A DNA stretch of 64,000 nt, taken from the NCBI GenBank assembly GCA_023460085.1, contig JAEWRI010000023.1, positions 69,412-133,411 on the forward strand. The letters are read 5' to 3'. This DNA is from Bacillota bacterium. Lineage in GTDB: Bacteria; Bacillota; Clostridia; Christensenellales; SZUA-584. Under the pieces are notes generated by a model. It saw only the letters and a program-made list of their open reading frames with translations. It was not told the origin of the DNA and ran no database searches. Within the stretch, counting starts at the first letter, position 1; the number at the start of each line of letters is the position of its first letter. Below, one piece after another: positions 57,992 through 64,000 of this stretch. The translations under genes were made by a program, and so were the position numbers.

Positions 57992-58232
57992 CCTATCTAC
58001 TCTCTTTTTTACTATTTTACCATTCCACAGTGAATGGATTAAAGATAACTTTAATGTAAACAAATTAGTTATATAAAGGAATGACGCAAAAGTCGTCCAC
58101 TTCACTTAAATTCCCAACTACACATCCCGCTGTGCCTCTTCGAGAGACCCGGCTGGATAATGCCGCTCCCATAATTCCGGGGTGCTGAACCATCGAATGG
58201 TTATGCTTCGCGCACGGTTTTTTGCGTGATGT

Positions 58233-59471
58233 TTACGATATACTTCTCCACATTCTGTTCGCCGCGGTGAATCTCAACCTCGCATTCATCCCCGCTGTAC
58301 ACCCAAAAAAAGCCGAAGGTCTGGTCGCGGTGATGCTGACCAAGCTGATATCCGGGCCAATCGATATGTCAGCATCGGTATCAAGTATATCCAATATAGT
58401 GGGCAAATCGATAAGCCCTGTATTAACGGGGGGACGTATGTTTTGATAGCTTTGAAAAATGACCGACACATAGTCGTAACTTCGGCGTGAATAAAACGAG
58501 AGCGTTGTGTTGGGTTCAGGCAGCAGGCCCGGCGCATCCTGAAATACCAAACAGAAATAGGATGGCTCACCCGACAGCAGCGTGTCTGAACCTTCAAACT
58601 TGACGTAAAAACCGACGAGCTCCGCGTTGCCGCATTGTTCCAAGGTATATGCAAGCGCGTCGTCGTATGCCTGTGCAAGTGTCTCCGGCTGTTCCATATC
58701 GGCCATCTCGGTTCTTTGTGATTGAATAATTATGATGAAAATCAGTATTATGGTAAAGATTGCCCCTGCCGCAATCCATATCCCGGTTTTCACCTTGTTT
58801 GACACGGCGGAAGGTTCTTTATCTTCTTCTGGCAAGGTGTCCTCCGGCTCGTCCGTGGTTTTAAAATTCAAACAATAAACGGACAGCAGAGATAACAGCA
58901 AATTAAGGCCGACGAAGATTAATAGCGTCAGTAAAATGAATCCGCCTCCCAATGCAAAGCCGAGACGAAACAATAAGTTGAGTACAATAAATAAAGTAAT
59001 TCTTACAGGATAGGAGTTGGATAATGGTACTGGCAAGAGATAGTACCCTCGGCCATTCCCTTCTTCGATCAAATCGATCAGCCGTTCTCTGCGAGGAATA
59101 AAAACGTATCTTAAATACACGGAAAACGATGGACGGTCGCTTTTTGATGCCCTTTCGCACATAGCATCCGATACAAAATCAGAATCCAGCTTCACAAAAC
59201 GTGCAAAAAAGTAGCGAATCGGCGCGACGACAACATACAGCGCCGGTAATACATAAAGCGGCACCAGGCTCATGCGCAATTCCTGAACAAAGTACAAACT
59301 GGCAGCAGCCAAAGCACCCAGAAGCCAGAAAAGCTTATAGGGCGTGGTTTTAAGGACGGCGTATCGTTCCCCGGTTTTTTCGATAATGGGCTTGAGCGAC
59401 AGCGACCTGCCGAATCCCTGACGGTACACATGAGCCCGGTATGTGCTGAAGCTGGGGCGGTCCTTCTTCAT
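58233..59471 (-). CDS. hypothetical polytopic membrane protein with internal N-terminal duplication
   Basis: 412-aa ORF. The (K/S)DRPSFS(T/V)Y module plus 2 TM occurs twice, followed by a fifth TM and a soluble C-terminal domain of about 150 aa. The 3' end is uncertain (see findings). Confidence 0.55.
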   Translation of the reverse strand: MKKDRPSFSTYRAHVYRQGFGRSLSLKPIIEKTGERYAVLKTTPYKLFWLLGALAAASLYFVQELRMSLVPLYVLPALYVVVAPIRYFFARFVKLDSDFVSDAMCERASKSDRPSFSVYLRYVFIPRRERLIDLIEEGNGRGYYLLPVPLSNSYPVRITLFIVLNLLFRLGFALGGGFILLTLLIFVGLNLLLSLLSVYCLNFKTTDEPEDTLPEEDKEPSAVSNKVKTGIWIAAGAIFTIILIFIIIIQSQRTEMADMEQPETLAQAYDDALAYTLEQCGNAELVGFYVKFEGSDTLLSGEPSYFCLVFQDAPGLLPEPNTTLSFYSRRSYDYVSVIFQSYQNIRPPVNTGLIDLPTILDILDTDADISIGPDISLVSITATRPSAFFGCTAGMNARLRFTAANRMWRSIS

Positions 59472-59523
59472 GCTTGCCTCCGCGCTTATATTTATGTAAT
59501 TATATTATATATTGGCATTAATG

Positions 59524-59560
59524 TATACAACAAAGCGGCAGGGGTAACCGCCCTGCCGCT
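59524..59560 (-). terminator. intrinsic terminator after the cupin gene
   Basis: 10-bp stem AGCGGCAGGG/CCCTGCCGCT followed by TTGTTGTAT on the minus strand. Confidence 0.65.
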
Positions 59561-59614
59561 CTGGTTTCAGAGATCTATCGAGTGCATATCTGTCTTTTCA
59601 GCCAAAGTTCCGCC

Positions 59615-59959
59615 TCACCCCTGCGGAAACACCACCACCAGCAGCATTTTAAACTTCTCCGGCGCGTACACCGCGTGCGGTATGCCCGCAGGCATCACCA
59701 CGGCCTGCCCTGCGGCGGCTGCGTGCGCCGTGCTGCCGATGGTCAGCTGCCCCGTGCCGTCCAGCACGTACACCAGCGCGTCGCCGCTGGAATCGTGCGC
59801 GCTGATTTCCTCCCCCGCGTCGAAGGCGAACAGCGTGATGCTCACGGCCTTGTTCTGCACCAGCGTGCGGCTCACTATCTGTCCGGGCTGATAGGAGACC
59901 ATCTCGGCCAGCGCCACCGCCTTTTCAAAATCGATATTCTTCAGAATGCCCGCTGCCAT
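59615..59959 (-). CDS. cupin-domain protein
   Basis: 114 aa. Cupin motifs are ISAHDSSGDALVYVLDG and VMPAGIPHAV. Confidence 0.75.
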   Translation of the reverse strand: MAAGILKNIDFEKAVALAEMVSYQPGQIVSRTLVQNKAVSITLFAFDAGEEISAHDSSGDALVYVLDGTGQLTIGSTAHAAAAGQAVVMPAGIPHAVYAPEKFKMLLVVVFPQG

Positions 59960-59977
59960 CTTGTTATCCTCCTTGCC

Positions 59978-61183
59978 TTATTCCTGAGCAACCAGGCGCT
60001 TTTCACCGGTGATTTCCTGTATGGGCGCGATGTCCTGCGTGACCTCCAGCACCCCCAGATATTCCCCCGCCGCGTCGCGCACCGCAAAGTAGCGAATGTA
60101 CACGGTTTTTCCGCCCATGCGGATCCAGAAATCCTCGTGCGTCTTTTTGCCGCTCTTGAAATCCTCTACGATGCCCTCCACGATGTGCACGCTGGCGGGC
60201 GGGTGGCAGTCGGATACTTTGCGGCCGATGATCGCCCGGGTGCGCGGGAACACGCGCTCCGCCGTCTGGGAGAAATACCGCACGGTATCGTCCTTGCCCA
60301 CAAACGTGATGTCCACCGGCAGCGTGTCCAGCAGCGCAGCCACCTCCCGCGTGGACAAGAACCCGGTCGGCATCGATATGTCTCCGGCCTGCGCCGCCGT
60401 AGGTGCGGGCTTTGCTTTCTCCGCTTCCGGCTTCCATACGGGCGGCCTTGGGATCAGGCACCAGCCCAGCTCCTCGCTCTGCTCCGCGATGTGCTGCCAT
60501 TCCTCTCCGGTCAGCACCTCCAGCAGCATCGGCAGCAGGATGTTCTCTTCCTTGAATATCATTTCCGCTGCCTTGTCGGCTGCCGCCTCCACTTTGTCCG
60601 CCGCGTCGGCACTGCCCGCGTCTGCCGCCTCCGCCGCCTGCCGAATCATGCCGCGGATCTCGTCGTCCACGCCCCACATCACCTTGGGCGGCGCGGTAAT
60701 GCCGTACTTCTCCATGTACGGGAAAAGCAGCATTTCCTTTTTCACATAATGCGCGTCCAGCTGCGTCAGTTGAATCAGATCCGCCTTAAGCGCCTTTGCG
60801 GCGCCAGCGTCCCCGCCCCGCAGCGCTTCGATGTGCGGACGAATCTTCCGGCTTATAAGGCGCTCCACCGCGCGATTCTCCGCCTTGAGCGTATGCGCCG
60901 GATGCCCCGGCGTATCCTCCGCGCGGTGCGGCGCGTGAATCTGATCCACGCTGCCCTTGAACACCGCCGCGTGCACGTCGCACAGCCGCTGCACCTCCGA
61001 AACCGGCAGCCCTTCCGAGATGAGCGCCTGCTCCGCTTCAGAGATTTCGGACGCCGCGACACCGCCAAACGCCTCCTCAAACTGCGCCTTCACCTCGTCC
61101 ACACTCTTGCCCGCGTGCAGCTGCTTCAACAAATCCTTGATTGCCTGTTTCCTGTATTCGCGGTTGTTGATTTCCTGACTCAT
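59978..61183 (-). CDS. DUF438-domain protein (hemerythrin-like + PAS)
   Basis: The N-terminal motif KDLLKQLHAGKSVDEVKAQF and a C-terminal PAS-like region are typical. Start follows GGAGAGGAG. Confidence 0.75.
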   Translation of the reverse strand: MSQEINNREYRKQAIKDLLKQLHAGKSVDEVKAQFEEAFGGVAASEISEAEQALISEGLPVSEVQRLCDVHAAVFKGSVDQIHAPHRAEDTPGHPAHTLKAENRAVERLISRKIRPHIEALRGGDAGAAKALKADLIQLTQLDAHYVKKEMLLFPYMEKYGITAPPKVMWGVDDEIRGMIRQAAEAADAGSADAADKVEAAADKAAEMIFKEENILLPMLLEVLTGEEWQHIAEQSEELGWCLIPRPPVWKPEAEKAKPAPTAAQAGDISMPTGFLSTREVAALLDTLPVDITFVGKDDTVRYFSQTAERVFPRTRAIIGRKVSDCHPPASVHIVEGIVEDFKSGKKTHEDFWIRMGGKTVYIRYFAVRDAAGEYLGVLEVTQDIAPIQEITGEKRLVAQE

Positions 61184-61187
61184 CGTT

Positions 61188-61418
61188 TCACTCCTCTCCG
61201 ATGATTTCAAACCCGCTGTCCGTCAGCTTTTGCCGGACAGCCTCCATGCGGATTTTACGCATTGCCGCCCCCTTGGGGAGGGTCATGAACCGCCCCGCCG
61301 TGGTCAGAATGCCGGGCTTCGTGATTTCCACAAATCCCAGCTCCCGCATGATTGCGACGAGCTCCGGATACTGCGCGCAAAGCCGCTGTACCGGAAGCCG
61401 CAAGTCGATGGATTTCAT
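61188..61418 (-). CDS. DUF1858-domain protein
   Basis: 76 aa (ELVAIMRELGF...TLPKGA). Usual neighbour of DUF438 genes. Confidence 0.7.
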   Translation of the reverse strand: MKSIDLRLPVQRLCAQYPELVAIMRELGFVEITKPGILTTAGRFMTLPKGAAMRKIRMEAVRQKLTDSGFEIIGEE

Positions 61419-61476
61419 ATCGCAGCCTCACCCCCGTCTCTTACGTTGCAGACTTAGTTTACCTCGCAAACCCACA

Positions 61477-61505
61477 GTTATATGTTGCAAATGCAACTTA
61501 TGCAA
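61477..61505 (-). promoter_or_regulatory. sigma-A-type promoter with palindromic operator in the spacer
   Basis: Minus strand reads TTGCAT-N17-TATAAC. The spacer contains GTTGCAAATGCAAC (61484..61497). Confidence 0.5.
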
Positions 61506-61540
61506 AAAAGGATACCTTTGGCTAACCCAAGGTATCCCTT
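61504..61540 (-). terminator. intrinsic terminator after the 521-aa membrane protein gene
   Basis: GGATACCTT/AAGGTATCC stem followed by a T6 run on the minus strand. Confidence 0.7.
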
Positions 61541-61564
61541 CAACAGTTCTGCAATTTTATCCGG

Positions 61565-63130
61565 CTATTGTTCCTCGGCGATGTACACGTAGTCCACACC
61601 CAGCAGTCCGGACTGCTCCACGACCGTCACTGTCTGCCCGGGCTCGCACTGATTGTAGTATTCCTTCGTCACCTCGACGTCCTTCTCGGCGCCGTTTTGC
61701 AGCGTGACGGTAAATTCGTAGGACGTGCTGCTCCGGCTCTCCGAGATATCCTTTTCGAGCAGCGTGGAAGTATACACGACCGGTTCGGAGCTGTCGTACA
61801 GACCGTTAATCTGCAGCACCGCGCAGGGAGAATAGATAAGCAGCACGAACGCAATCAGGAAAATCGCGGTTTTTCTGCGTGCGGCTTTTTTGGCAAGCGT
61901 CAGCAGCAGCACAAGCGCGGCCCCGAGGATCGCCGCGGACCAGATGACCAGGCTCACCCAGTCCAGCACGGTGAAGTCGTGTATCGTGCGAAGCAGCAGC
62001 GCCAAAGAGGGCACCATCAGCGCCAGCGTGACGCTCGCCGCCGACTTCTTGTATTCGGACTTGTCGCTGTCGTCCACCGAAAGCACCGCGCCGTAGCGCA
62101 CGTACAGCCCGAATGCCACTGCGGGAATCAATATGCACACCACCGAAAGTATGGAGTAGGTCAACCGAATACCGGGCAGAAACACGAACGCCGCGCCCGC
62201 CAGCACCCCCGCTACCGTCAGTACGAGGCAAATCTTCCTGAGTTTTGGCAGCATGCGCTTCTCTTGCTCGGTGGGCTCATAGGCCGGCGCTTCCGCTTTC
62301 TTTTTGGATTTCAGCGCAAACGGCAGCCCGGCGAAAAACTGCTTCAGCTGCTGCTCCGGCAGCTTGTCCAGTATGGCAAATACGTAGCGCTTGGAGGCCG
62401 TATGCACCGTCAGCCTGCCGCAGTTGGGAAACTGCGTTCCCGCCTCCCGGCCATAGCGGCACGAGATGGAAACGATCTCGCCGCGCTGCAGGCAGAAGTC
62501 CTTCTTGTCGCGCAGGAAGTCCGCCTCGCGGGAAAAGTCCGTGCGCAGCAGCTCCTCGTCGAGGCCCCTTATCTCTCCGCCGACGCGCGCGAAGTACAGC
62601 GTGTCCCCGCTGCGAATCAGCTGAACCATGGCGCCCGTCATGTTGGCCAGCAGCAGCAGCGATTTCTCGCCGAACGCGATGGACGCCTTGAACGCGTCGT
62701 CCTGCAGCTGCAGCTCCTCCTCGACGGCTTCCTCCTCGCGCACGGCCGCCGCGGCCTTCTCGTCGATGACGGCTTCACTTCCGCGCTCCCGGTCGCGCTT
62801 GTACTGCCGGACCAGCGGGCGCACGATAAACGCCAGCACCGCCGCCAGTATGAGTAAGCCGAACGCCCAGGATGGCAGCTCCTTTGCGCTTACGGTGAGC
62901 GCCACGAAACCAAGGCCCCATGCAGCCCCCTTCACAAAGCCCAGCGCACCGCCGAAGATAAAGAGCAGAAAACCGAGGAATAGCGCCATCAGCACCGCGA
63001 GCGCTGCATAGGTTATCCACCGGATATCCGGTATGCCCCACATCTGATAGAATGCCACCGCCACGATCACCACAAACGCAATCCCGACGATGCCGATGAT
63101 CACCTGCCACTTAAAATCCGCTTTTTTCAT
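61565..63130 (-). CDS. hypothetical membrane protein (N- and C-terminal TM bundles flanking a cytoplasmic domain)
   Basis: 521-aa ORF with no family recognised. The C-terminus is a small soluble beta-rich domain. Confidence 0.6.
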   Translation of the reverse strand: MKKADFKWQVIIGIVGIAFVVIVAVAFYQMWGIPDIRWITYAALAVLMALFLGFLLFIFGGALGFVKGAAWGLGFVALTVSAKELPSWAFGLLILAAVLAFIVRPLVRQYKRDRERGSEAVIDEKAAAAVREEEAVEEELQLQDDAFKASIAFGEKSLLLLANMTGAMVQLIRSGDTLYFARVGGEIRGLDEELLRTDFSREADFLRDKKDFCLQRGEIVSISCRYGREAGTQFPNCGRLTVHTASKRYVFAILDKLPEQQLKQFFAGLPFALKSKKKAEAPAYEPTEQEKRMLPKLRKICLVLTVAGVLAGAAFVFLPGIRLTYSILSVVCILIPAVAFGLYVRYGAVLSVDDSDKSEYKKSAASVTLALMVPSLALLLRTIHDFTVLDWVSLVIWSAAILGAALVLLLTLAKKAARRKTAIFLIAFVLLIYSPCAVLQINGLYDSSEPVVYTSTLLEKDISESRSSTSYEFTVTLQNGAEKDVEVTKEYYNQCEPGQTVTVVEQSGLLGVDYVYIAEEQ

Positions 63131-63304
63131 GGGTATCCGCCTTTATGTTGATGAAAGTATATACCCATTATACCTGAAAATTCGCGGCGCGCAACGCCCC
63201 CGGCGGCAATCAAAAAGCCCCCGGCGGGGAGCTTTTGATAACCTTGTGATGGCACAAAAACATAGCACAGCCGCACAGCCCGAAGCCCGTCCGGGCGATG
63301 ACGG

Positions 63305-64000
63305 TCAGCTGCCCGACGTCTGTTTGGAGAGGCGCGTGTCGGGCGTCTTCACCTTGGTCAGCAGCACGAAGCCCACGATGAACAGCGGAATGACGGCGAG
63401 CACCGAGAAGCGCACGTTGTCGGTGAACAGCGCCACCAGCGACATGAGCAGCGGGCCGAGGATGGAGGCAAACTTCTCGAAGATGCCGAAGAAACCGAAG
63501 AATTCGCCCGACTGCTCCTTGGGGATCATGTGCGCGAACAGCGAACGCGACATGGCCTGTATGCCGCCTTGCACCGTACCCACCAGCGCGGCCAGCACGA
63601 GGAAGTTCCAGTCCGCGAACATGAACGTACCCAGCACGGAGATGAGGGTGTACGCCACGATGCAGATGTAAATGGTGTTTTTCGCGCCCTTCTTCTGCCC
63701 TATCCAGCCGAACAGGAAGGACATGGGCCACGCCACAATCTGCGTAATCAGAAGCCCCAGCGCCATTACCATCGTCATGTCCAGCATGCCGCCCGTGAGA
63801 TCTGCGAGGTGGTTGGTCAGCGCCAGATCCGGGTCGCTCGCGAACACGGTGGCCATGCGGATAATCGTCCCCACGCCGTCGATATAGAAGAAATACGCGA
63901 TGAGGTATTTGAACAGCTCCTTGTGCTGGCGGATTTGCCGCAGCGTTTTGGCCAGCTGCTTGAGCCCCTCTTTCACGGCCTTGCCCGCGGGCAGCTTCAC
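63305..64000 (-). CDS. MFS transporter (UMF1/Atg22-like), N-terminus outside window
   Basis: ORF is open to the window edge. C-terminal six-TM half with the FGFFGIFEKFASILGP pattern. Confidence 0.7.
   Translation of the reverse strand: MKLPAGKAVKEGLKQLAKTLRQIRQHKELFKYLIAYFFYIDGVGTIIRMATVFASDPDLALTNHLADLTGGMLDMTMVMALGLLITQIVAWPMSFLFGWIGQKKGAKNTIYICIVAYTLISVLGTFMFADWNFLVLAALVGTVQGGIQAMSRSLFAHMIPKEQSGEFFGFFGIFEKFASILGPLLMSLVALFTDNVRFSVLAVIPLFIVGFVLLTKVKTPDTRLSKQTSGS

Noticed and set aside
57118-58086. TATAAA(A)GGA at both edges of the AT-rich islet, considered as possible att-like direct repeats.
   Set aside because: The match is short, A/T-rich and imperfect (one has an extra A). The left copy lies inside the coding sequence. 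This is expected by chance in AT-rich DNA.
58222-58446. 74-aa plus-strand ORF opposite the 3' end of the membrane-protein gene.
   Set aside because: It is antisense to a region where two minus-strand frames both look coding. It has no start context.

Overview
This is a 64-kb chromosomal segment from a high-GC, spore-forming Firmicute. Gene content points to Clostridia, probably Oscillospiraceae/Ruminococcaceae-like: spoIIR-sleB-ypeB, fhs and a 9-gene V-type ATPase operon. Taxon, family and domain names come from reading the translations, not from database searches.

Most of the window is housekeeping:
- transketolase, formate-THF ligase, pyrG-glnS-gltX, upp, rpiB, pgsA, recD2-comFC and an ABC-F ATPase;
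- a TetR-controlled heterodimeric ABC exporter;
- an ApbE/NusG_II/Gx cluster;
- a potassium cluster (kdpD-like/kdpE, two trkA, trkH).

Accessory or unusual content:
1. An AT-rich islet of about 1 kb (57.1-58.1 kb) holds a single ORF with a C-terminal Rx4H (HEPN-like) motif. I rate it the best candidate for an uncharacterised stand-alone defence or toxin gene. Next to it is a mid-GC, internally duplicated membrane protein whose 3' end has a frame ambiguity at an A7 run.
2. A receiver-less LytTR regulator is paired with a DUF3021-type membrane protein (an LRS-like module). Its divergent promoter region carries three TTGATAAT repeats and a long inverted repeat.
3. A low-GC orphan membrane gene lies beside a tRNA-Thr/tRNA-Pro pair and an intact IS481-family element inserted just upstream of the tRNA promoter.
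4. A decayed response-regulator gene abuts the kdpD-like kinase.
5. Several promoter-overlapping palindromes look like operators: AATTGCAATT boxes, GCAAGTACTTGC and GTTGCAAATGCAAC.

No CRISPR array, rRNA or prophage was seen. The many long antisense ORFs in the track are high-GC shadow frames.
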